From positions 17,989 to 81,988 of the forward strand of contig JAKSLG010000009.1 in NCBI GenBank assembly GCA_024401295.1: a stretch of DNA of 64,000 nt, written 5' to 3'. The notes under the pieces were generated by a model. That model had not been told where the DNA came from. It did not search any database and saw only the letters and a list, made by a program, of their open reading frames with translations. The translations under genes were made by a program, and so were the position numbers. Origin of the DNA: Bacteroidales bacterium. GTDB lineage: Bacteria > Bacteroidota > Bacteroidia > Bacteroidales > Marinilabiliaceae. Positions 27,954 to 36,286 of the stretch are shown here, in pieces (the first letter of the stretch is position 1; each line of letters begins with the position of its first letter).

Positions 27954-29936
27954 TCATTTCATACTTTCGAGAACCTTCTTCTTCAGTTCGGTATTATGGT
28001 TGTCATAGAAAGTGATGTCGGCACCTAAAGCCTTGTTATACATCTCCTTGGCATTGACCATATCGCCCTTCTTTGCGAAATTCTCGCCCTTCTTGTCGTA
28101 ATATCTTGGTTCCTGAGGAGCCAAAAGAATTGCACGCTCGAGATATTCAGCAGCCTTTACAGAATTCGGGTCGGTTCCGATGCCATTCTCATACATCTCC
28201 GAGAGCTTGAATGCAGCCTCGGCATAGCTTGCCTGCTGAGACTTCTCGAGCCACTTGAGGGCATCCTTCGGATCTGGCTTTGTGCCACGACCGTCAACAT
28301 AACATGTTGCAAGATAATACATTGCCTCAGCATCGCCCTTCTTTGCAGCCTTCTCGTAGCAATCGAGAGCCTTCTTCTCGTTCTGCTTTGTGCCGATTGC
28401 ATCGCGATGGCAATGACCAAGAGCGAGCAATGATTTCACGTGTCCATCTTCTGCAGCACGATCGAACCAGTTATAAGCCTTTTCGTTATTGACATCGACA
28501 CCCTCACCTTTCTGGTAGCAACAGCCAAGCTCATACATTGCCGCTGTATATTCGCGCTTTGCAGCCTTTTCGAGCCAATCGACAGCCTTCGATGAATTTG
28601 GATTTGTCCCGATGCCTTGCTTGTAGAGCATGCCAAGTTCGTACATTGCAGGGACGAAATCCTTTTTGGCAGCAGCCTCAACAAGGTTGAATGCCTCATT
28701 GGCATTTTTGTTCGTTCCCCAACCATTTTCATAGCACAGACCGAGGTCATACTGCGCAAGAGTGATGTCCTTCTTGACAGCCTTGAAGAGATATTTGGTT
28801 GCGTTGTTATAATCTGTCTTTGTGCCGATTGCATTCATATAGCAGTCACCAAGTTCAGACTCGGCCTCGGAGTGCTGACGATCGGCAGCCTTCTCAAGCC
28901 ACTTGAAAGCCTTGCGGTCGTTCTTGCTCACGCCTACACCATATTTATAGAACATGCCAGTCTTGTACTGCGCCTGAAGATGATCATTCTCCGCAGCCTT
29001 CTCCATCCAGTCGGCAGCCTTCTTATTGTTAGCACGGAAGCCATTTCCAAGTTCATAGGCAATGGCCGTCTCATACTGAGCTTCTGTAATCTTCTGATCT
29101 GCAGCCTTCTCGAACCAGTTTGCAGCCATGTCGGCACTCTTGCTCACGCCAGAGCCATTCTTATAGCAGAGTCCAAGATTATATTGTGCTTCGGCAAGAT
29201 TCTGATTTGCAGCCTTCTCGAACCACATTGCCGCACGCGATGCGTCCTTGCCTGTTCCGCGACCGATTTCGTAGTAAACGCCAGCGTTCCACTGAGCTTC
29301 AACCATTCCTGTTTCTGCAGCCTTCTCCATCCAGACGACAGCTGCCTTGTCATCGCGCTTTACAGCATCGCCTTCCTGATAGCAGACTGCTATATTCCAT
29401 TGAGCCTCTGGGCATCCACCTTGAGCGGCCTTTGTCCACAATTCGGCTGCTTTATCTCTGTTGCGCTTGACAATCTCGCCGTTGTAGTACATCATTGCCA
29501 GATATGTCTGAGCCTGTGCATAACCCATATCAGAAGCGATCTCGAGCATCGAAACAGCCTTCTGCTTATCCTTCTTCACGCCATCGCCGTTCTTGAAGCA
29601 GAGTCCGGCATTGTAAAATGCAACGGCACTACCCGACTCGCTACCTTTGATATACCATGCGGCAGCCGACTCGGCATTTTTCTTCGTTCCGAGTCCCTTT
29701 TCATAGCAATAGCCAAGATTGCACTGTGCTTCGGCATTGCCGTTCTGCGCAGCTGCTTCATAGAGCTTGAATGCAGCCTCGTTGCCTTTTTTTGAGCCAT
29801 CCGAAGGATAGACATGCTCACCCTGATGCATTGACGTTCCGTCGACCGTTTTAAAACCCTTTTTCAAGGTTGTTATCTGCGCCTGCGCTGCAATTGTTGC
29901 AACAATCAACGCAAACATGAAAACAATTTTTCTCAT
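27954..29936 (-). CDS. Secreted Sel1-like repeat (SLR/TPR-family) protein
   Basis: Signal peptide MRKIVFMFALIVATIAAQA. About 15 units fit the pattern A..W..KAA..G...A(Q/M)..LG.CY..G.G..K. Confidence 0.85.
   Translation of the reverse strand: MRKIVFMFALIVATIAAQAQITTLKKGFKTVDGTSMHQGEHVYPSDGSKKGNEAAFKLYEAAAQNGNAEAQCNLGYCYEKGLGTKKNAESAAAWYIKGSESGSAVAFYNAGLCFKNGDGVKKDKQKAVSMLEIASDMGYAQAQTYLAMMYYNGEIVKRNRDKAAELWTKAAQGGCPEAQWNIAVCYQEGDAVKRDDKAAVVWMEKAAETGMVEAQWNAGVYYEIGRGTGKDASRAAMWFEKAANQNLAEAQYNLGLCYKNGSGVSKSADMAANWFEKAADQKITEAQYETAIAYELGNGFRANNKKAADWMEKAAENDHLQAQYKTGMFYKYGVGVSKNDRKAFKWLEKAADRQHSEAESELGDCYMNAIGTKTDYNNATKYLFKAVKKDITLAQYDLGLCYENGWGTNKNANEAFNLVEAAAKKDFVPAMYELGMLYKQGIGTNPNSSKAVDWLEKAAKREYTAAMYELGCCYQKGEGVDVNNEKAYNWFDRAAEDGHVKSLLALGHCHRDAIGTKQNEKKALDCYEKAAKKGDAEAMYYLATCYVDGRGTKPDPKDALKWLEKSQQASYAEAAFKLSEMYENGIGTDPNSVKAAEYLERAILLAPQEPRYYDKKGENFAKKGDMVNAKEMYNKALGADITFYDNHNTELKKKVLESMK
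28130..29780 (-). repeat. Array of ~15 consecutive ~36-aa Sel1-like repeats (coding)
   Basis: Counted by eye from the recurring (A/E)EAQ(Y/W)NLG...G.G..K....A..W.EKAA units. Confidence 0.75.
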
Positions 29937-29948
29937 ATCTAAAGCTTA

Positions 29949-31619
29949 TTATATTTTCCAAATTATGCCGTCATAGGCTCCAATATTGACAAGGATGCCC
30001 TGATCCTTGATGTTGTCAACAGAATTGCGCGAGCCAGGAATGCTCTTGCCAGTAAACATATCTGTCGGCTGAATACATTCGTTCCATGTGCTGCCCATAA
30101 GTCGCCATGCATCGTCGCAAATACGAATGCTGGTAGTGATCGGCTGATCAGAGAAATTGACAGCGACAAGAAAACGCTCATTATTGTCATATCGGAGATA
30201 TGCATAAACCTTTGACGCATCGACATATATAGGCTGATTCCACATGAGGTCATACATTTCGCCAAAGGCCAGTGCCTCGTGCTTGCGAACAAGGTTCTGA
30301 GCATCTTTATACCATTTGCGCAACGCCTTTGCTTCCTTGTCAAGTCCACCGCCGTCATAGGCGTGATTATTGACAAATTGCTGAACACGTTTGATGCCCC
30401 AATAATCGAATATTGTCGTACGGCCATCGCAACCGCTATAGCCCTCTTCATCCATGCCTCGCTCGCCGAGTTCCTGTCCGAAATATATCATCGAACCGCC
30501 ATTTCCCATCGTCATCGACAAGATTGCACCAGGCTTAGCCTTCTTTGCATCACCGGCAAAGAAATCTGACGCAAAACGCTGTTCATCATGATTCTCAAGG
30601 AAATAGAGCATATTGCGCCCTATGCCTTCTGTTCGGCGCCAGATGTTTCCGATTTCATTTGCAGGTGCAAAACCGCATGTCACGCTGCGCACCGTATCGT
30701 AGAAATTAACCTTGTCATACAAGAGGTTAAAGCCGGCAGAAATATACTGACGATACTGATTCAAATCATATGTTTCGGCAATGAAGATTATTTTTGGATG
30801 ACGCATTGTGATTTGCGCAATGCACCAAGCCCAGAATTCAACAGGTACCATTTCGGCCATGTCAACACGGAATCCGTCGATATTCATCTCGGCCCAATAA
30901 TGCAAGATGTCGCGCATCTTATGCCATGTATCAGGATATGGCGAGAAGTGATGCGAACGATTATTCTGATAATCAACGCCATAGTTCAGCTTGACGGTCT
31001 CATACCAATCATATTTCGAAGGCGTTGCCGTAAATGCGTCATTTCCAGAAACCTTCGCAGGATTTTCGAAATATTCACCATCACGGTCGTTCACCGGACT
31101 CACGAAATTCTGTCCTGGAATATAATAGAAATTGTTCATCGGCGAAAATGCTACCGACGAATCGTCGCTGCCACCGATCTGCGGAGCCGGACGTACGTCT
31201 GAATGATAATTTCGGGCGACATGATTTGGCACGAAATCAATAATCACCTTCAGATGATGCGCGTGTGCTCTGTCAACCAACGCCTTGAATTCATCGAGAC
31301 GATGGTCCACATCAACAGCAAGGTCCGGATCGACGTCATAATAGTCGCATATCGCGTATGGACTTCCAGCACGGCCCTTGACAACATTGGCATTGGCCTT
31401 ATGCGTGATAAAAGAGTAATCCGTAGCCGATGCATGTCGGATTATGCCTGTGAACCAGACATGTGTGAAGCCCATCTCTGCAATCGATTCGAGCGCTGCA
31501 TCATTGATATCATTGAATTTTCCGCAACCGTTTTCAGCTAAAGTACCATCGTGCTTACGGGTCTGATTCGTATTGCTATATAGACGTGTGAATATCTGAT
31601 AAATAAGAGTTTTTGCCAT
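29949..31619 (-). CDS. GH13 alpha-amylase family glycoside hydrolase (cytoplasmic)
   Basis: DFVPNHVA (region I), GFRVDMAEMV (region II), FIAETYD (region III) and FLENHDEQR (region IV). No signal peptide. The first ATG is at 31619, and the longest ORF begins at TTG 31628. Confidence 0.85.
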   Translation of the reverse strand: MAKTLIYQIFTRLYSNTNQTRKHDGTLAENGCGKFNDINDAALESIAEMGFTHVWFTGIIRHASATDYSFITHKANANVVKGRAGSPYAICDYYDVDPDLAVDVDHRLDEFKALVDRAHAHHLKVIIDFVPNHVARNYHSDVRPAPQIGGSDDSSVAFSPMNNFYYIPGQNFVSPVNDRDGEYFENPAKVSGNDAFTATPSKYDWYETVKLNYGVDYQNNRSHHFSPYPDTWHKMRDILHYWAEMNIDGFRVDMAEMVPVEFWAWCIAQITMRHPKIIFIAETYDLNQYRQYISAGFNLLYDKVNFYDTVRSVTCGFAPANEIGNIWRRTEGIGRNMLYFLENHDEQRFASDFFAGDAKKAKPGAILSMTMGNGGSMIYFGQELGERGMDEEGYSGCDGRTTIFDYWGIKRVQQFVNNHAYDGGGLDKEAKALRKWYKDAQNLVRKHEALAFGEMYDLMWNQPIYVDASKVYAYLRYDNNERFLVAVNFSDQPITTSIRICDDAWRLMGSTWNECIQPTDMFTGKSIPGSRNSVDNIKDQGILVNIGAYDGIIWKI

Positions 31620-31658
31620 ATTAAACAATCTGTTTTACGAAAAATACGGAAATATAAG

Positions 31659-31666
31659 TATCTTTG
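31659..31666 (+). promoter_or_regulatory. -7 promoter motif (TAtcTTTG) upstream of flippase cassette
   Basis: TATCTTTG lies 94 nt upstream of the ATG at 31760 in the divergent intergenic region. Confidence 0.35.
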
Positions 31667-31759
31667 TTGCATTAATCAACATAAAGAAGACTATAAAAAG
31701 AGTCGGAGCATAGCCAACCATCATTTTTCAAAAGAAACAACAGAACGAAAAACAGAGAC

Positions 31760-33304
31760 ATGCAAGAGAACTCACTGCATAGCAATAGCAAACGAGCAGC
31801 CAAAAACACTCTTTTTCTGTATGCACGAATGATTCTGATCATGGGTGTTGCTCTCTTCACCTCAAGGATTCTTCTGCATTCACTGGGCGAGACCGATTTT
31901 GGACTGAAAGGAGTCATTGCAGACCTTGTTGTAGTGTTCTCATTCATAAGCGGATCGCTGGCTACGGCCACATCGCGCTATCTGTCGTTCGACCTTGGCA
32001 AAGGCGACAACGAGAGCCTTGCACGCACATTCATGACCGTGACAAAAATGCTCAGACTGATGGCCTTAGGCATTTTCATTGTCGGCACAATTGTCGGCAC
32101 AATCATCATAAACACAAAACTGAATATTCCCGACGACCGAATTGTTGCCTGCAACATATCGTTCTTCATCGTCATGGTTACATCTGCGATAACCATCGTA
32201 CAAGTTCCATACAACGCGATGATCATTGCCCACGAGAGGATGAACATCTACGCGTACATCGGAATCATCGATGCGATTGCAAAATGTATCATTGCATATA
32301 TCATATATGTATCTCCCGTCGATCGACTGGTAATGCTTTCGGCCCTGCAATGCATCCTGTCGATTCTCATCCTCGCGTTCTACATCGGATATTGCAGACG
32401 GAAGCTCGGCACATCCGAGTTCCGCCATACACGAGCCGACAGAAAACTCGGCAAAGAAATGCTTGCCTTCTCATCGTGGAATCTGCTCGGATCGGCATCG
32501 ATAACAATGAAGAATCAAGGCGTCAACATACTAATAAACATGTTTTTCGGAGCCACGATCAACGCTGCCAATGCCATTGCATATCAGATAAATACGGCCG
32601 TGATGAACTTCACAAATGGCTTTACGACGGCAATGAATCCGCAAATCATCAAACGATATGCAGACGGCGACATAAACGGAACGCAGAGAATAATCTTTAC
32701 GGGAGGCAAATTCACGTTTTTCCTAATAACAATGCTGAGTGTGCCAATAATCGTTGAATGCGAATATTTCCTGAGAATATGGCTCAAGGATTTTCCGGCA
32801 TACACAATCGTGCTGACACGACTGGTCCTTCTGCTGTCAATTGTTGAGTGTTTCAACTATACGATTGGAACAGCGATACAGGCGACAGGAAAGATAAAAT
32901 GGTATCAGATTGTCGTGAGCGGATTGTCACTATTCAATTTTCCAATCACATATCTGGCATACAGACTTGGCGCAGAGCCATACGTGGCACTCATGATTTC
33001 CATCGCAATAAGCTCGGTAACGCTGGCCATAAGATTATGTTTTCTCAAAAAACATCTTGGAATAGCGCAGACGACATACATCAAAAAAGTAATTGTCCGC
33101 GTCGTTCCAACGGCTATTGCAGCCATTGCAACGGCATATCTCGTACACATCAATTTTCAGGCAGGAACATTGCGAACAATACTTGTCATAGCATCGTCGC
33201 TACTCACTACCCTACTCATGATGTGGACAACCGGACTTACTGAAGATGAGAAAGATGCATTAAAAAACATTGTCAATAGCAAAATCAAAAGGACATCACT
33301 ATGA
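31760..33304 (+). CDS. MOP-superfamily oligosaccharide flippase (Wzx-like)
   Basis: 514 aa and highly hydrophobic multi-pass. N-terminal AKNTLFLYARMILIMGVALFTSRILL is typical of polysaccharide biosynthesis (Wzx) proteins. Confidence 0.8.
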   Translation: MQENSLHSNSKRAAKNTLFLYARMILIMGVALFTSRILLHSLGETDFGLKGVIADLVVVFSFISGSLATATSRYLSFDLGKGDNESLARTFMTVTKMLRLMALGIFIVGTIVGTIIINTKLNIPDDRIVACNISFFIVMVTSAITIVQVPYNAMIIAHERMNIYAYIGIIDAIAKCIIAYIIYVSPVDRLVMLSALQCILSILILAFYIGYCRRKLGTSEFRHTRADRKLGKEMLAFSSWNLLGSASITMKNQGVNILINMFFGATINAANAIAYQINTAVMNFTNGFTTAMNPQIIKRYADGDINGTQRIIFTGGKFTFFLITMLSVPIIVECEYFLRIWLKDFPAYTIVLTRLVLLLSIVECFNYTIGTAIQATGKIKWYQIVVSGLSLFNFPITYLAYRLGAEPYVALMISIAISSVTLAIRLCFLKKHLGIAQTTYIKKVIVRVVPTAIAAIATAYLVHINFQAGTLRTILVIASSLLTTLLMMWTTGLTEDEKDALKNIVNSKIKRTSL

Positions 33305-34377
33305 GACGTTTCATTGAATGCCTGATACCAATTACAGCATGCAACCTTAAGTGTAGCTATTGCTATGTCGTGCAGGAAGGCCGACGGACAAACGCCAAGG
33401 CAAATTTCAAATATTCGGCCGAGACAATTGGCAAGGCTTTGTCCATGAAAAGACTTGGAGGACAATCACTTATTTCTATCACAGGCAGTGGAGAAACGCT
33501 GATTCCGCCAGAACTGCCAGAGATTGTTGCCGAGATTTTGAAACAAGGGCATTTCGTAAACATAACGACAAACGGAACCCTTACGCAACAAATGAAGAAG
33601 ATTCTTGATGCATCCGAAGGCATGCACCAAAGACTTCATTTCTCATTTTCAATGCATTATGTCGAGATGGAAAAGCACAATCTGTTCGATGCATTCTGGG
33701 AATCCATCGACATGGCAAAAAAGAGCGGATGTTCAATTCTGCTACAGATAAACCTTGTTGACGAATATGAACCATATTGGGACAAGATAAAAGAGATGGC
33801 CATTGCGCATGTCGGAGCCTTGCCACAAGTTGCTTTGACGCGCGATGAAAGCAACCATACATACAAAATCATGACAAAAAATTCGACAGAGCATTATCTG
33901 GCGAAAGGTCGCGAAATGCAATCGCCGCTCTTCGAATACACAGTCAGCAACTTCATGAAAAAGCGCAAAGAATATTGCTATGCAGGATTATGGTCGGCAA
34001 AACTCGACCTGAGCACAGGCATCATGAGCGCTTGCTATGGACATGGTAGAAAGCAGAATATTTTTGAAGATACCGACAAAGAGATTATCTTTGAACCAGT
34101 TGGAAAGCATTGTCCATTCAAATATTGCTTCAACTCATCGCATTTCATGTCGCAAGGCATCATTCCGGAACTAATGCCACAACCGTCGTACGGAGAACTG
34201 CGCAACAGGCCTGAAGCATCGTGGCAGACGGACGAAATGAGAGAATTTCTCAGCAAACAGTTTGAAGATACAAACGAAGAAATTTCCGCAAGACAGAAAT
34301 TGCTTTTCGACTTGAAATACAGAGTCTTGGAGTTGAAAAACAAGATAGAAATTGTAATCAAAAACATTGTAAAATGA
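33301..34377 (+). CDS. Radical SAM protein with additional C-terminal Cys cluster
   Basis: C14-x3-C18-x2-C21 within ITACNLKCSYCY, a GGE-like ITGSGETLI, and NITTNGTL. Four further Cys lie in the C-terminal third (CYAG, SACYG, KHCPFKYC). ATGA overlap with the flippase. Confidence 0.8.
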   Translation: MRRFIECLIPITACNLKCSYCYVVQEGRRTNAKANFKYSAETIGKALSMKRLGGQSLISITGSGETLIPPELPEIVAEILKQGHFVNITTNGTLTQQMKKILDASEGMHQRLHFSFSMHYVEMEKHNLFDAFWESIDMAKKSGCSILLQINLVDEYEPYWDKIKEMAIAHVGALPQVALTRDESNHTYKIMTKNSTEHYLAKGREMQSPLFEYTVSNFMKKRKEYCYAGLWSAKLDLSTGIMSACYGHGRKQNIFEDTDKEIIFEPVGKHCPFKYCFNSSHFMSQGIIPELMPQPSYGELRNRPEASWQTDEMREFLSKQFEDTNEEISARQKLLFDLKYRVLELKNKIEIVIKNIVK

Positions 34378-35321
34378 ACAGGAGAGAGTGCTACAGCATT
34401 TTATACGATGCATTCAAAACGCTCATAACCAGCGATTACATACTATTGGACTTGCCATATTTTTCAAATGTCGGCGACCTGCTTATCTGGCAGGCTACCG
34501 AAGATATGCTATCGCATATACAACACAAATGTCTGTATAAAAGCAGCATAGAAAACTACCAGAAACCAGATATCGGCACAGATACGATAATACTCTTTAT
34601 CGGAGGCGGAAACTTTGGAGATTTATGGGTAAGACATCAGGAATTCCGACACAAAGTGATGGCAGACTTCCCGAACAACACTATCATCCAGATGCCGCAA
34701 AGCGTACGTTTTGATTCTGAAGATTACATGAAGAAAGACATCGACATCTTTGCAAAACACGTTGGGAAAACAACAATCTGTCTGCGCGACAAGAGATCCT
34801 TTGACATCATCAAAGAGAACTACAAAAACGTTGATACACTGCTACTTCCAGATATGGTTCTAGGTTTTGACATGATGCGATATTGCGAAGAAAAAGGCAT
34901 CGGACAAAAAACAGGGGAAGGCACGTTACTCGTAATGCGAGACGACTGCGAAAAAACAGAAGACACTGCTATTGATTGCGAAAAATACGAGACCAGAGAC
35001 TGGCCTCACATGACAAGATATCCCAAAAGACAATATCTGTTTTGGGGGATGAGACGTATAATGACAACAATCGGAATTTCGCAAAAGAAGATAAATACAT
35101 TTACAGATTTCTTCTATGCCAACATTCTGAAAGACTATTACATAAAAAGTGGAATAAAACTGATAAACAGCTATGAAACAGTATATTCCACAAGGCTGCA
35201 CGCTGCAATTACCGCCTGGCTGTTAGGGAAGAAAACATACATGATTGACAACTCGTATGGAAAGTGCAGCGGCGTATATAATCAATGGATTTCAGATCAG
35301 GAAAACATCTCGCTAGTATGA
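34374..35321 (+). CDS. Polysaccharide pyruvyl transferase family protein
   Basis: YFSNVGDLLIW, FIGGGNFGDLW and STRLHAAI blocks are characteristic of PS_pyruv_trans (CsaB/WcaK-like). ATGA overlap with the radical SAM ORF. Confidence 0.75.
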   Translation: MNRRECYSILYDAFKTLITSDYILLDLPYFSNVGDLLIWQATEDMLSHIQHKCLYKSSIENYQKPDIGTDTIILFIGGGNFGDLWVRHQEFRHKVMADFPNNTIIQMPQSVRFDSEDYMKKDIDIFAKHVGKTTICLRDKRSFDIIKENYKNVDTLLLPDMVLGFDMMRYCEEKGIGQKTGEGTLLVMRDDCEKTEDTAIDCEKYETRDWPHMTRYPKRQYLFWGMRRIMTTIGISQKKINTFTDFFYANILKDYYIKSGIKLINSYETVYSTRLHAAITAWLLGKKTYMIDNSYGKCSGVYNQWISDQENISLV

Positions 35322-36280
35322 CAATTTCAATCATAATACCGATATATAATGTTGAGAACTACATAGTTGAATGCCTCAACTCCGTCGTAGCGCAGAATTG
35401 TCAGAGCGAACTGGAGTGTATTCTCGTTGACGATTGCGGCAGCGATAAAAGCATTGAAATTGCCAGAGAATACATTGCGAAATACGATGGGCCAATTGCG
35501 TTTTCAATCATCGCACACGAAAAAAACAGAGGCCTGTCCGCAGCACGCAATACGGGCACATTGGCAGCAAAAGGAGACTTTGTTATATATCTGGATTCTG
35601 ATGACCAACTGACGCCGAATGCCATCAGACTGATGGAAAATGCGGCTAAAACCGACGACGTTGAAATGGTTCAAGGGACAACAAGAACCATTCCTATCGA
35701 TGACGATTTTTACTCGATAAAGCAATATGCAAAAAATCCGACTCTATGTGGTAACAGCAACATTTGCAAGGAGTTCTACAAGAGGACGAACGGTCTTCCA
35801 GTGAATGCCTGGAATAAAATGGTCAAGAAGGATTTCATCGTCAGGAACAATCTTTTCTTTCGCGAAGGTATAATACATGAAGATCAGTTATGGATGTTCA
35901 TGATGGTCAAGAAACTCAATAAAATTGCCTTTGTTTTCGAAGAGACATATCTGCACTATCGCAATCCGGATTCAATAATGAACATTTCCGGCGTGGAGAA
36001 AAGCAATCTGCATTGGGGAATGATTTTGACAGAAATCGTTCCGCTGATAGCTGATCCACATTCAGACATGCAACTGATGAAATACCTCTTACAATACATT
36101 ACAAGATACAGCAATACAGAAACTTACAACAATCTATACTCGCAATTCCTCGAGCTGTTGAAAAAACGCGGTCATAATTTTGGCACTATGCTTCACAAAA
36201 TGCACAGACGTCACAACAACGGGCTGATGCGCATAATCTACAGGCGTTATTGCAAATATATGATGAAACGCCTCGACTGA
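35318..36280 (+). CDS. Family 2 glycosyltransferase
   Basis: ISIIIPIYNVENYI, VDDCGSDKS and LDSDD (DxD) blocks. Start is placed at the ATG that overlaps the upstream stop (ATGA). Confidence 0.85.
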   Translation: MTISIIIPIYNVENYIVECLNSVVAQNCQSELECILVDDCGSDKSIEIAREYIAKYDGPIAFSIIAHEKNRGLSAARNTGTLAAKGDFVIYLDSDDQLTPNAIRLMENAAKTDDVEMVQGTTRTIPIDDDFYSIKQYAKNPTLCGNSNICKEFYKRTNGLPVNAWNKMVKKDFIVRNNLFFREGIIHEDQLWMFMMVKKLNKIAFVFEETYLHYRNPDSIMNISGVEKSNLHWGMILTEIVPLIADPHSDMQLMKYLLQYITRYSNTETYNNLYSQFLELLKKRGHNFGTMLHKMHRRHNNGLMRIIYRRYCKYMMKRLD

Positions 36281-36286
36281 TTTCGG

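Noticed and set aside
36281-36286. The convergent GT2 and AsmA-like genes end only 6 nt apart with no intervening hairpin.
   Set aside because: The observation is real, but by itself it only shows that termination signals must lie inside the opposing coding regions. There is no additional structure to report.
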